64,000 nucleotides of DNA from Eledone cirrhosa (GCA_964016885.1 OZ024742.1:294252001-294316000), one strand, 5' to 3'; counted from the first letter of the stretch, positions 1 to 12,873 are shown. Notes: generated by a model from the sequence alone, not told the origin. Numbers and translations are program-made.

Positions 1-511
1 GTCAGATGATACTTGTGACCACCAGAGGGATTTGAATCCCTAAATGGAATTTGAATTTGGAATACAAAGTACTGGCACTGAGGTGTAGACAATGACACTC
101 ACTCAGACTTACATATATGATGGGCTTCTGTATAGTTTGGATTTACCACATTTCATGTATAAGACAGAGGCTTGCCCAAGGTGCCATGCAGTGGGGACCA
201 AACCCAAGACCTTTTGATGCCGAAATGAATTTCTTAACCATGCAGACATGGTTATTTACTCTTTCATCATCATTTTATATCCGCTTTCCATGTTAGCATA
301 GGTTGGACAGGTTGTCAGGGTTTGTGACCAGAGTGGTTAAAGCAACCTCATCTTGCACATACACGTTCCATATTTGGCATGGCTTCTATGGCTGGATGCC
401 TTTCTTTATTGTGGCACCACCACTACCAATTTACAGAATGTGCTGCATGTCTTTTGCACCACTAACACTACCAATTTACTGAGTGTACTAGGGGTGTTTT
501 TCATGGAACTG

Positions 512-1215
512 GCACTACTACCACTTTACAGAATGTACTGGTTGTATTTTATCTTTGCACCAGTCCTACCACTTTACAGAATGTACTGGGTGTATTTTAT
601 CTTTGCACCAGTCCTACCACTTTACAGAATGTACTGGGTGTATTTTATGATTGCACCAGTACTACCACTTTACAGAATGTACTGGGTGTATTTTATCATG
701 GCACCAGTCCTACCACTTTACAGAATGTACTGGTTGTATTTTATCTTTGCACCAGTCCTACCACTTTACAGAATGTACTGGGTGTATTTTATCTTTGCAC
801 CAGTCCTACCACTTTACAGAATGTACTGGGTGTATTTTATGATTGCACCAGTACTACCACTTTACAGAATGTACTGGGTGTATTTTATCATGGCACCAGT
901 ACTACCACTTTACAGAATGTACTGGGTGTATTTTATAATTGCACCAGTACTACCACTTTACAGAATGTACTGGGTGTATTTTATGATTGCACCAGTACTA
1001 CCACTTTACAGAATGTACTGGGTGTATTTTATCATGGCACCAGTACTACCACTTTACAGAATGTACTGGGTGTATTTTATAATTGCACCAGTACTACCAC
1101 TTTACAGAATGTACTGGGTGTATTTTATGATTGCACCAGTACTACCACTTTACAGAATGTACTGGGTGTATTTTATCATGGCACCAGTCCATATATTTAC
1201 AGAATGTACTGGTTG
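512..1215. repeat. 48-bp minisatellite, about 14 units
   Basis: Unit gcaccagt(a/c)ctaccactttacagaatgtactgggtgtattttatNNNN. It sits inside an RTE 3'UTR-derived repeat (tggctggatgcc motif at about 389). Confidence 0.95.
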
Positions 1216-1519
1216 CTTCATGGCACCACCACTACCACTTACCTTGTGTACTGAGTATATTTTGTTGTAACACTAGCTCCATGACAGTCTGCTAAATTTA
1301 TCTTATCAAGAAATTGTCATAAATATAGTCAGACTGAGAAGTCCTCTCCATATGGGAGACATATAATATTCTTATATAATTGATATCAAAACTTCAATTT
1401 ATTTTAATTTTACTCTTTGTCATATATTTTAGGAACGACTTTGTTGATTTTACTTTTAAGAATAGATAAATTCTTTAAGTATTTTTTAAAATGATGATCA
1501 ATACCTGAATAGTAGTTTC

Positions 1520-1660
1520 CATTCTTGGAGGGTTGTAGAGGCAGAGTCCTCAAGTACTCCTTCCAGCAGGTCCTGTCAGAAGCAATCATCTCCAATTGAT
1601 CTGGCTGGATCCCCAAGCGAAGCTAGCCAAGCTCATGGATATTATGTTGCTCAGAGTCTA
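1520..1660 (-). mobile_element. RTE LINE 3' ORF fragment
   Basis: GIQPDQLEMIASDRTCWK resembles the RTE C-terminal 'A.DR..W' motif. Confidence 0.5.
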
Positions 1661-1817
1661 CTCCTGGGTCTGCTAGAAGGAGTTTTTGGGAACTCTTCCT
1701 CCACGACCCCCCCCCCCCCCCCCCAGAATAAGTGGCTGAAGAAGATGAACAATATGCACATTTGCCATACACATACATACACAAATACATGTACACACTT
1801 ATAGACATGGTATATGT

Positions 1818-2060
1818 CTGCCCCGTGGTTCATTCCTTGTCGCGGTGGGGTGGCTTGTGTGCCTCTATGACCCAGAGAGCTATGCCAACTGGAGTTTATA
1901 CTCCTGGTAGGGTCACCCATGTTGGACAGGTCGATGGGTAGAGGACAGACGAATATGAACCTCCTCTCCCCGAGGTTAAAGGGATCGGTTATTTGGTTTC
2001 TAGAGTGACTTGCAAAAATGATATGGCTGAAAACCCGACCTAACTTCCTGTCAGATGAAA
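1818..2060 (+). mobile_element. RTE LINE 5'UTR fragment
   Basis: ggggtggcttg..tgaccc..gagctatgcc..cctggtagggtcacccatg..gacaggtc..cagacgaa resembles recalled Expander/RTE 5'UTRs; it follows a (CATA)-rich tract. Confidence 0.55.
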
Positions 2061-2314
2061 AATTTTGTGTTGCAACATTACAAGGATACATTAAAGAAAT
2101 ATTAATATATATAATACAAAACAACAGTGTTCTTTCAGTATTGGTATATCAAACACGATAGTGAATTGACTATGGAAAATAGAAGTGTTTTGTATTGTGT
2201 ATTTTAGAACTTCATCAACATTTTATGTCTGATTTCTTTACTAGCAGGGAAAATGGACATTAAATGTTGTTAGAATTATTTATTAATTAACAGATTATAC
2301 CGTGAGTCCTACAT

Positions 2315-2728
2315 TCATCATCATCGTTTAACGTCCATCTTCCACGCTTGCATGGGTTTGGACGGGAGTTTTCCCACTTGAGGCAAGATTGGTTGTCTTG
2401 CTCATATAGGACTGCCTGGCGGGTTTTCTATGGCTGGATGCCCTTCCTAACACCAACCACGTTTACAGTGTGGACTGGGAGGTTTTTACCGTGTTACCTA
2501 CACGGCCACATTACAGCGTGAACTGTGTGTTTTTTTGTCGTGACACCTTCACGACTTCATTTGTTTCAGACTGGATGTTGTGGTACCAACATAACTTTAC
2601 ATCGAAAGGGACGGGGGTGTATTTTTGTTAGAGGTGCCTACTGACTGTAGGTTTCACTTTGTACTTAGGCAAGGCGGGTCTTCTGTATTACTGTGTAGCG
2701 CCAAAGATCTCGGTCCAGTGACATTGTC
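2315..2728 (-). mobile_element. 5'-truncated RTE LINE (3'UTR only), same family as 20011-23314
   Basis: Near-identical to 20011-20437, with the same (CAT)n terminus. Confidence 0.9.
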
Positions 2729-2729
2729 C

Positions 2730-3140
2730 AAATGAATGGTAGATCGAATGATGCCTGTGTGAAAAGTATGGTTGTTGCATGACAGTGAGATGTGAGCAGT
2801 GAATACAGAGGGTATGTGAAAGCTGGAGAGAAATTAATCGACCATGCTTTGTTGGATGCATGAATTATGAAGTATGGGTGAACTGAGAGAAAAACTGGGC
2901 ACAATGGGAATCACATGATTTGAATGGATGATGATCATCGGCTAGAGAAATACCAAAGATTCCTATTGGAAGAAACTCCAGAAAAGGAAGACTAAGGAAA
3001 ACTTGGACAGAAGTGGTGAGAGCTGAATGTTAAAGCTCACTCAGGAGATGATGAAAGAACACAACAAGTGGAGGGAAGCTGTGATGGGGAAGACTTGTTT
3101 AACCCATGCAAGCTTGAAAAAACAGATCGAAAATGATAAG
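2730..3140 (+). mobile_element. Degenerate RTE LINE 3' end
   Basis: ggaagactaaggaaaacttgg (GR.RKTW-like) followed by the acccatgcaagc..aaaa 3' motif. Confidence 0.55.
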
Positions 3141-3435
3141 AACCCTTTTTTTATTTTACCAATTTTAAATAAAATACACTATTCATGTGTTATAATAAAT
3201 CTTTAGGACAAGCAAGAATTTGAAAGGATTTAGTCAAATAATGCCATTTTAATAATAAAAAGGTCAGTTAAGAATTTATATTAACAAAATGTTCTTCTGT
3301 AAAATTATGAAGGATGGTTTGAATTTAAATATGAATTCTTTATAATTAGAGGTTTTGTATTATAAAGCTACTGACTGTTTCAGATAGATTAATATCAAAA
3401 GGATTCAATCTTGCCACCAATAATTTGTTAATTAA

Positions 3436-3654
3436 CCCTTTAGCATTTACATTACTCTATATTTACTATAGTATTTTCATGGTAAAGGCTTTATTTCACA
3501 TAATTATCTCTAATATCAAATCTATGAGATTTTGATATTATTTATTTTAAGAACAATACCTTAACATCAGTATGAGCAGCCAGTTACAGCCTGTTTGAAC
3601 AGAAAGAGATGAGAGAATTCTGGCCGGATATGGCCAGTTTAAATGCTTAAAGGG
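3436..3654 (+). mobile_element. piggyBac-type MITE copy 1
   Basis: TIR ccctttagcattta ... taaatgcttaaaggg, with TTAA on both sides. Confidence 0.88.
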
Positions 3655-4277
3655 TTAATAAAATAAATAATTTTAACAATGTAAATTACCAAATACACAA
3701 TACAGATCATTATGTTGATTATGTTTTATAAAAAACTACTACAAACAATCGAGTATGACTTGGTAGTATTGACCATGCTTTTTTGCTAAAGGTTTTAGGT
3801 GTCCATGTAGTTGCAAGCAGACACAAACACTCTTTCACCTTTCTTTTATTGAGCCCGGGGAACATCCAGTATGTGATAGTTGAAAGGATAGAGGACTGCA
3901 TCATCATTGTTTAATGTTCATTTTCCACGCTAGCATGGGTTAGTGAGTTGTACTATTTGAAGCAAGTCAGTCAGATGACCATGTCTTGTTCATACAGAAC
4001 TGATTTGGGCTTGGTTTCTATGGCTGGATGCCTTTCCTAAAGCCAACCACATTTATTAATCTTGAAAGAATGAAAGGAAAAATGGACCTCAGCAGGATCT
4101 GAAATCAGAATGCAGAGAGCCAGAACAAATATCCATGGCTTTAATGAGTCTGCCAAAATGGCTGTTGTTAAAACTGTATAATACAAACCTAACTAAATTA
4201 AATAAATACTTTTGTTTTTATTTACACTGATAATTAGAAATGATTTTAACATCAATTACAAAATACAAGTATTTTAA

Positions 4278-4487
4278 CCCTTTAGCATTTATATTACTCT
4301 CTATATACTATTGTATTTTTGTGGTAAAGGCTTTACCTCACAATTGGTATCGATTCTACGAGATTTTGATGTTGTTTATTTTGAGAACAACACCTTAACA
4401 TCAGTATGAGGGGCCAGTTACAGCCGGTTTGAACAGAAAGAAGTTAGAGAGTTCTGATCAGATACGGCCAGTTTCAATGCTAAAGGG
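4278..4487 (+). mobile_element. piggyBac-type MITE copy 2
   Basis: Same TIRs and body; flanks TTAA/TTAC. Confidence 0.88.
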
Positions 4488-4848
4488 TTACAATAATTTC
4501 CCTGCTAAAGCAGCAGTTAGTCTTATGGACTCCATGACAAACTTGATGCCTATCATTGTGTCCTTTTTGAGGTAATGTGATAGAGCTGGATGCCCACCTT
4601 GGCACCAGTTATTTTAGTTGTTCTTATGGCATGTGGGGATAGAGTGTATCTGTTCTAAACTGAATACATGCAGCAAATTATTTAAAATACTTTCATTTTC
4701 AATGTACCAATAATGAAAAAATATCACCACTAATATTGACACCGTGTCTAATCAGGTAATTATGATGCGCTCTATATAGTTGTCTTTGTGAAAGAATGAG
4801 AATCTTTACTGTTGTAGTTTTTGTTGTTAATGTTACTTTGTTTATCAG

Positions 4849-4973
4849 AGTGTGGTAAATATGATTAACAACCAACTATCTGCTGTTATTAGAGAGTCAT
4901 TCAGTGTGTTTAAACAACAACTTTGGGCAACTATTGATGAAGAGATTTCTTTAACTGACTGTGACATCTTCAG
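4849..4973 (+). CDS. MAF1: MAF1 (repressor of RNA polymerase III transcription), internal coding exon
   Basis: Acceptor tttatcag| and donor |gtaaat. Translates SVVNMINNQLSAVIRESFSVFKQQLWATIDEEISLTDCDIF(S), matching the recalled MAF1 segment WVVNAVN..QLWNAVDEEICLAECDIYS. Upstream exons were not found in the window. Confidence 0.93.
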
Positions 4974-5164
4974 GTAAATACTTACATATTTTCTCTCTAT
5001 TTGTTGCAGTTAAGTTTACACTTGATAACTCCTATAGGTTTTGGCCAGTATTGGTCCAGGCCATGTCAAATTTAATAACACCACCAATCTATGAGTTTCA
5101 ATAAATTTTGAAAATATTTAAGAATTTTGAAGGATTTAGTAAAATAACTTTTTCATTATTAAAT

Positions 5165-5395
5165 GGGTTCAATTCCTGGGCTGGGTTGTGTGTTGTGTTC
5201 TTGAGAAAAACACTTCATTTCCCATTGCTCCAGTATATTCAGCTGAAAATGAGTACCAACAATAGTTGGGGGTTTAACCCTGCGATGGACTGGTGCATGT
5301 CCGGCAGGGGGTGGGGTGGTGGTCTTGAACTCTGTCGCTTTATGCCATGAAACTGGGATAAGCACCAGCTTGACAAGCCTTCTGGTTTGAGACAG
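5165..5395 (+). mobile_element. SINE (CORE-like family)
   Basis: B-box-like ggttcaattcc followed by gtgttgtgttcttgagaaaaacacttcatttc; related copies at about 9720, 11945, 24980(-) and 36790(-). Confidence 0.65.
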
Positions 5396-5861
5396 ACTTT
5401 AGACTAGACAAGATTATTAAACTGGTGTTTGAAAGATAACTTAACAAAATTTTCTTACATAAAATGATGGAAGGTTTAAATTCAAGTATAAACACTTTAA
5501 AACAAAGTTTTGTATCATAGAGCCATGAGTGTTTTCAAGTAGTTTGGTACTAGAAGACTTGAGCAAGTAACCAATATTTAATTTAGAAAGTAAGTAAACG
5601 TCACTGATGATGGATAAAAATCCTGAAACACTAGTATTTGGCGTTCTCACATGGTTACTGTAAAATACTCAAAACGAGACCTATGTTTGTTATATATAAA
5701 CACATTGTATATGCCTCTATTGTGAATCACACTGTGTTAGTACTATTTCTAATACATTAAATTTGTCTATAAATATATAATTAAATAAAATTTAAGCCTT
5801 AGTTTTTATTATTTATCTCATCTTAAAGCAACAATTTGATTGTCTTGACTTACATTTCCAG

Positions 5862-5981
5862 TTACAACCCTGATTTAGTGTCAGATCCCTTTGGAGAAGA
5901 AGGCTGTATTTGGTCCTTCAATTATTTCTTCTACAACAAAAAATTGAAACGAATCATCTTTTTCACATGCAGAGCCACAAG
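5862..5981 (+). CDS. MAF1: MAF1 coding exon (C-box)
   Basis: Acceptor tttccag| and donor |gtaaac; phase 2 matches the previous exon. Translates [39 protein letters not shown], the hallmark MAF1 C-box. Confidence 0.96.
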
Positions 5982-6681
5982 GTAAACTATTCACTGAAAT
6001 TCTTCCAAATTTTGAGGTCTTAAAGAGTAAAGTAGATTAATGAACGAACAGAAATATATATATATACATATATAAATCTCACAGATTGGTGCTGAAAGTG
6101 GAGTAAATAACTAATAATTCAAAGTGGTAGAACAGCATACTGGGCTAGTGGGATATAGTCAGTTATAATTGGTACCAAAATAAAAAATTAACATGTTCAA
6201 ACATTGTAGCTCTGAGTTAGCTCCCATAATTACTGAAGTAACTTCTCTCCTTTTGCACTGTAATGTCTCTTAAAATTTATCAGTATGCAAGTGTACACTC
6301 CATATTCGAGAGCACCAATGTACTTTCTTTTTGTAAATACTGGCCAAATATTTTCACTTTTAAAATATATCTAATTATTTTGAAAATAATTATCAATGGT
6401 AAAATTGAATCTCTCCTCTTTGGTATGTATCCTGGATAGCCATGTTTTGAGAGCGTGGAACACAGGCTCTCTCTCAGCCCTACAGAATCCCTTTCCCCTG
6501 GCTCCTGTGATGCCTGGCCCTTCTGGTCCTGCCTGAAAATAATTATCAATGGTAAAATTGTATCTCTCCTCTTCGATATGTATCCTGGATAGCCAGGTTT
6601 TGTAGGAATGTTTAATTTCTAGCATAGAAATTGTTAACTTTCATGACTATTAATTATTTCATGATTAAGATAGTAACTCAA

Positions 6682-6879
6682 CCCTTTAGCATTTACTTTA
6701 CTCTATATATACTATTATATTTTCATGGTAAATGCTTTATCTCACATAATATCGAATCTCTGAGATTTTGATATTATTTATTTTGAGAACAATATCTCAA
6801 CATCAGTATGAGTAGCCAGTTACAGCTGGATTGAACAGAAAGAGGTGAGAGAATTCTGGCCGGATTAAATGCTAAAGGG
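6682..6879 (+). mobile_element. piggyBac-type MITE copy 3
   Basis: Same TIRs and body; flanks TCAA/TTAA. Confidence 0.88.
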
Positions 6880-6884
6880 TTAAT

Positions 6885-7490
6885 ATATAATAATAATGAA
6901 ATTATTGTGTACAGTGCTCAGGTGTACTACAACTCATCAAAGGTGCATGCATAGTACATAGAATAATGTATAAATGTCAAGAAAGTGAACAGTGTATGAG
7001 TTATGATATACATGTGTGCGTATGTATGGAGGGGGAATATCAGGTGTAGTGTTGGCGAATTTCAGTAAGCATGGAGGTTTTAAAGGTTAGTCCTGGCAGC
7101 TAACAACTGATGCAGGTTGTTTGCTCCATGCTTCAGCAACTCTGAGGCTGAAAAAAATGTTTCCGAAAGTCATGGTAGCTCTGCTGTTTTCCGACTTTGA
7201 AGGCATGCCCACGGGTGTTAGACACATGGAATTCAAAAAATTGCTCAGGGTTTTTGTTGCAAGATGGTTCATAATTTTGTGGGTGTTTACCAAGTCAGTT
7301 GCCAGATGGCGGAGCTTCAATGTATCAATGCCCAGTGAAGCAAGCCGTTCCAAGTATGGTAGATGCCTGATGGAGGGTATTCGCTTGGTTGCACATCTCT
7401 GAACAATTTCCAGGAGGTCAATATTCTGAGCAAGATAGGGGTTCTAGACTGGTGATGCAAATTCTAAGTGTGTCCGCACCATAGCTATAT
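6885..7490 (-). mobile_element. 5'-truncated CR1-clade LINE
   Basis: Minus-strand reading gives ATKRIPSIRHLPYLERLASLGIDTLKLRH, TRGHAFKV and FFSLRVAEAWS (CR1/L2-group C-terminal motifs); (ATT)n-like tail. Confidence 0.8.
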
Positions 7491-7806
7491 ATGGTTCTTA
7501 CATAAAATTTATGTTGAAACCCTTTAAAATGGATGGTTTTGTTTCTCAGAACAAGAGCTGGTTTTGGCCGGGTTTGTATAAAAGGGTCATTAATGTAAAT
7601 ATTAAATGAGATTCGATAATTTTATTTCAAATTTTCAATTTTTCTTTATTTTATATTTGTAAAAAATCAGGATTTAAACTTAAAAAAAAATACATGCAAA
7701 TTTAAATTTAACTTTTTAGTCAATGTTGCTATGCCTTTCTTTACATCCAAGTCTACTTTGAATTCAAACAAATCTCCTGGGGGCTATGGGAAATGGCTCT
7801 GCTTAA

Positions 7807-8001
7807 CCATTTAGCATTTAAGCCAGCTGTATCCAGCCAGAATTCTCTCACTTCTCGCTGTTCAAACCGACTGCTCATACTTATGTTATGGTATTATTCT
7901 CAAAATAAATATCAAAATCTCATAGATTTGATATTATGTGAGATAAAGTATTTACCGTGAAAATACAACAGTAAATATAGAATAATGCAAATGCTAAAAG
8001 G
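7807..8001 (-). mobile_element. piggyBac-type MITE copy 4 (inverted)
   Basis: Reverse complement of the same body, with TTAA on both sides. Confidence 0.85.
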
Positions 8002-8763
8002 TTAAACACATTAAAATATTGTATTGCGCAGGCATGGCTGTGTGGTTAAAACTGTTGCTTTGCAACCATGTAGTTTTAGGTTTGATCCCATTGTGTAGAA
8101 CCTTGGGTAAGTGTGTTCTGCTATATCCTCAGGATGACTAATACTTTACAAGTGAAATCAGAAGACCCAAAACTGAGAAAGTTCAAAACCTTTCAATCAC
8201 ATTTTATGAAAGAACTTTTAAGTTCCAAATACTAGCTTAATAATGAGAAAGTTAGTTATATTACTAAATCACTCCAAATTCTTTATTATTTTCAAAATGA
8301 TTTGAAAATCATAGGCATTGTCTTTTTTTAGAAAGGGTTAGTTAATTGAAATACAATGTATTTTATAAATATGGACATGAAAGGGTTAAACATTTTTGTT
8401 CTGACAAGTGTGTTGAATAATATGTATTATATCATTGTTGAACCCTATCTAAAGTTTACTATAAGTATGTTAAGTACTTTGTCTCGTATAGTCTTAGTAG
8501 ATAATTTGAAGTATTTATGAGCAACAGTAATGAGACATTTTTTAAGTACTCTTATAAAACAACATCCTGAAACTATGAACATCTTTGGAATATATACCCA
8601 GTCATATGATCTGAAGGACATTTTGTTAGGTTAATAATATGGTCATTAGTTTTTCCCATTCATTTCCATATTTCTAATGAAAGACAATGCCTATGGTTTT
8701 CATTTTAAAAATAAGAAATTAGGTAGGAGGATGTAGTAATATAACTAACTTTCTGATTATTAA

Positions 8764-8970
8764 CCCTTTAGCATTTACATTACGCTATATATACTACTGT
8801 ATTTTTGTGGTAAAGGCTTTATCTCACATAATATCAAATCTACGAGATTTTGATATTATTTATTTTGAGAACCATACCTTACATCAGTATGAGCAGCTGG
8901 TTACAACCTGTTTAAACAGAAAGAGGTGAGAGAATTCTGGCTGGATACGGCCGGTTTAGATGCTAAAGGG
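8764..8970 (+). mobile_element. piggyBac-type MITE copy 5
   Basis: Same TIRs and body, with TTAA on both sides. Confidence 0.9.
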
Positions 8971-9574
8971 TTAAGTTGGTGTTTCATGCATATTCTAAAG
9001 GTTCTTAAGTAAAATTATGATGAAAGGTTTTTTTAAATAAATATAAATATTTTAAAACAATTTTGTATCACAGAACCAGGAGCTGTTTGGTATCAGATGT
9101 TTTAATTATTTTGTTACCATATTTCTAATGAAAATCTCAGCCTATAATTTTCAAAAATCTTGAAAATAATCTAGAATTTGGAGGGATTTACTTTCTCATT
9201 ATTAAATTGCTATTTGAAACAAAGTTTCTTACATAAAATTAAGGTGGATGGTTTTTATTTATATATAAATGCACCCAGCCCACTCTGTAAAGTGGTAGTG
9301 CTGGTACCATGATAAAATGCACTTGGTACATATTGTTAAGTGGTTGATGTTAGGAAGAGCATTCAGCTGTAGAAACTGTCAAACTGGAACTTATGAGGAA
9401 GATGTAATCATCTGATCTATCCAGTTAGAAAACGTGACAACTTGTCAAATCAATGCCAGCATGGAATATGGTTGTAAAAGGGTGATGATTTATATTTTGC
9501 AAATTTTGCAACCAGCTTTAATTATAATTTCTTTATGAATTAATGATATATTCTCACTTTTCTTTGACTATCAG

Positions 9575-9646
9575 TTGGCCTGTGGGCTACCCAGACCCAG
9601 GATCTTGTCAAGATGGTGGCTTTGTTGATGATTTAACAATGACTGA
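9575..9646 (+). CDS. MAF1: MAF1 coding exon (acidic C-terminal tail)
   Basis: Polypyrimidine tract and tatcag| acceptor, |gtaagt donor, phase 2/2, open frame WPVGYPDPGSCQDGGFVDDLTMT(E). Confidence 0.75.
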
Positions 9647-10471
9647 GTAAGTTTTATTTGTTAGTTTTCATTTACTGAACATCTAGTCCTGTTTTCTGAA
9701 TTATTATCTTCTTGGTCTGGGATCACAATCATAAGGTCCTGGGTTTTAATTCCAGACCAGGTGGCGTGTTGTGTTCTTGAGCAAGGCATTTTATTTCACA
9801 TTGCTTCTGTTCATTCAGCTAAAAATGAGCAGAAGGTATGAAGGTTAGCTTTGTGATAGTCTGGATCCAGTCTCATACTCTCAGTTACTTAATCCCAGTG
9901 AAATTGGGATAAGCTACAGTCTGATGTCCCTCTAGCTTCAATACTGACATCTATAAGTTATTGAATTGGCTGATATGTTAGGGCATTATATAAATTTTGT
10001 GATATTTGTTCCAGCTTTCTGTACTATAAGTTCAAATCCTGTTGAAGTCAACTTTGCCTTTCATCCTTTGGAGGTTGATAAAATAAAGTAGCAGTCTATG
10101 GCAGTGGTTTGGATGATAATGGTTGGGTGAAGAAGTGGGAAAAGTTACAAGTTGAAAGTAGTGGGGGAAGCTGATTTTAAGTGGAGGAATACTGTATTGG
10201 AGAGGACTCATACAAGCATGGAAAAATGGATGTAAAAACAATGGTGGTTGTAAATGTTCTATGTATTATGGAGATCTGACTTATATATGAGTATATATGG
10301 TGTGGTAAATTCCACTGCCGTCTTCTAAACACATGATCATTTACATATATATCACTATTAAATTATAGCTTATAAATTTAAGAGAAATATGGAATGCACA
10401 TATTTCAAATTTTCCCAATACTTCCTATGTCAACCCATTTGTTTATATAAATGTTTTCTTTATCTTTGCAG

Positions 10472-10490
10472 GGATGGCGAGATGTATTGA
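10472..10490 (+). CDS. MAF1: MAF1 last coding exon
   Basis: Acceptor ttttctttatctttgcag|, phase-compatible, encodes (E)DGEMY* with TGA at 10488-10490. Confidence 0.65.
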
Positions 10491-10749
10491 GTTGATGAGA
10501 AGCTTTAATGATTGTCATCGACTGAAATAACTAAAGATTATATTGCAGTGTGTTAGTAAGTCACTGCAGAATTTGTTTTACAAGGGTAAATAATTTGAAG
10601 ACATACTAATTGGAGTTTTTAACTAATATATTTAAAATCATCCATAAATTCATAAGTTTATACAACTTTTTTTGTATTCTACAATCATCATCATCATTAT
10701 TACTACTGCTACTGCTACTACATCAAGATTAAATTAGAAACCATTAATC

Positions 10750-11085
10750 TGAGTTCAAATCCCGCCGAGGTTGACTTTGCCTTTCATCCTTACGGGGTCG
10801 ATAAAATAAAGTACCAGTAATGCACTGGGTAATTGCTGGCCTTGTGCCTAAAGTAGAAACAATTATTATATTCATAAGGGCAGTGGATTGGCAGAATCGT
10901 TAGAGCGTTAGAGACAGTGTTTTCCAGCCCTATACATTCTGAGTTTAAATCCTGCCATGGTTAACTCTATCTTTTATCCTTCCAGTGTTGATAAAATAAA
11001 ATACCAGTTAAATACTGGGGTTAATTTAATTGACTTTTTTCCCCTCCTCCTCAATTGCTGGCCTCATGCCTGAATTAGAAACAAT
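10750..11085 (+). mobile_element. Two adjacent tRNA-derived SINE copies
   Basis: gagttcaaatcccgccgaggttgactttgcctttcatcc..gtcgataaaataaagtaccag. The second copy has an A-box-like tggcagaatcg. The family recurs at about 10030, 12460, 31999, 37085, 39870(-), 42745, 44082 and 50250. Confidence 0.85.
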
Positions 11086-12129
11086 TTTTATTATATTTTT
11101 TTAACTATAATTTTTTTTTACAAGGTGGTATCACCTAAAACAAGACCCCATAAATTGTTTTTGAATCCATCTTAGCCATGCCAGTGATTCCTTTCTTTTA
11201 AATGGTTCTGCCCCAAAGATGGCAGTAATTTCCTTGCCATGAATGAATGGATATGTTAAAGTGAGACAGGATGACTGTTTACTATAGATGTTCACAATCT
11301 ATCAATACTGTCATATTTTGACAACCTCTACTTTCTTCTTTCACGATTGAATCTTAAATTATAAACTCTTAAACACATAGTGATGTTTCTCAAATGTGTC
11401 ATCAGGCCCAGGCCAGATGCAAAATGTAGGTCTCCATCAAAACCCAGGCCACATGTGAAATATAGTCCCCTCCTCCCCTCAAAAAAATTGTTATAGGTTC
11501 AGGCTAGATGTGAAATGTAAATCTAATTTCAAACTACTCATTAAGTATTTAAGTAATCAATGTTAAATACATTTTATATTTAGCCTGGGCTTATATCAGT
11601 TGAAATGGGCCTGCATTTCACAAATGGACTGGCCTGTATCAATTAAAATGGAGCCTACATTTTACTTCTAGTCTGGGCTTATGAGGGTTACATTTTACAT
11701 CTGGCCTTGACCTATCACCAGCTATGCATGGGCCTGTTTACAATACATAACCATGGAGTATAGTGTCACACACACAGTCAGTAAGATGTCATACTTTGTG
11801 ATATAGTACACTATCACCACCAGAAGCTATAGTGGCATCACCCAGTAAGACATCTTTTTGTTTGAGAAATAGTATTTTTTCTCTCCTGTCTCAATTGAAG
11901 AAAAATGACAAATCTTGGTGCATTACTTCCACCTGTCTGTAGGTTTTGGTGTTGTGGTTAGGGTGCTGGGCTCACAATTGTAAGGTTATGAAGTTGATTC
12001 CCAGAACAAACACTTTATTTCACATTTTTCCAGTTCTCTTAGCTGGTAAAAATGAGTTGTACCTGTAATTAAAGGGACTAGCCATGTCATACATTGTGTC
12101 ATGTTGAATCTCCCTGAGAACTACATTGA

Positions 12130-12315
12130 CCCTTTAGCATTTACATTACTATTGTATTTTCGTGGTAAAGGTTTTTATCTCACATAATATTGAATCTACA
12201 AGATTGTCGTTATTTATTTTGAGAATAATACCCTAACGTCTGTATGAGTGGCCGGTTTGAACAGAAAGAGGTGAGAGAATTCTGGCTGGATATGGCTGGT
12301 TTAAATGCTAAAGGG
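12130..12315 (+). mobile_element. piggyBac-type MITE copy 6, nested in a SINE
   Basis: Same TIRs; flanks TTGA/TTAA; it interrupts the SINE at about 11945-12410. Confidence 0.85.
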
Positions 12316-12820
12316 TTAAAGGTGCATGTATGTATGGAATGCTCAGTCACTTACACATTAATTTCATGAACAGGCAGTTCTGATGATTGAATCAACTAGA
12401 ACAGTTATATTCAAAGGTGGTTGTTAAAAGATTGTATATTTATTTCATGTTTGTGTTTTAAGTTCAAATCCTGCCGAGATTCACTTTACCTTTCATCCTT
12501 TTGGGGTTGATAAAATATCAGCCCAGTGCTGGTGCAGCCCTATTTTTGTTCAGCTGGATATTCTGCTGGATCAAAGAAGAGAAGATGAAGGTGTCTGTGT
12601 CTGTTCATGGGTGCATGGGTACCTAAAACCCTTAGTGAAAGCATGGTTCAAACTACCAAGTCATACTCAATTGTGAATCATGACTATAGTAGTTCTTTTA
12701 GTTATTCCTGTCTATTATTCCTACATATATGACACTGTGATGTGGCATATCTTAACTATCAATGATCTCCATCTATTACATTAGATAAATAGAAAGTTGC
12801 CATTCTGTGATAACCCTTCC

Positions 12821-12868
<48 letters not shown>

Positions 12869-12873
<5 letters not shown>

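Noticed and set aside
353-1270. 305-aa hydrophobic repeat ORF
   Set aside because: It is a by-product of a stop-free 48-bp minisatellite derived from a LINE UTR; no ATG start or gene context.
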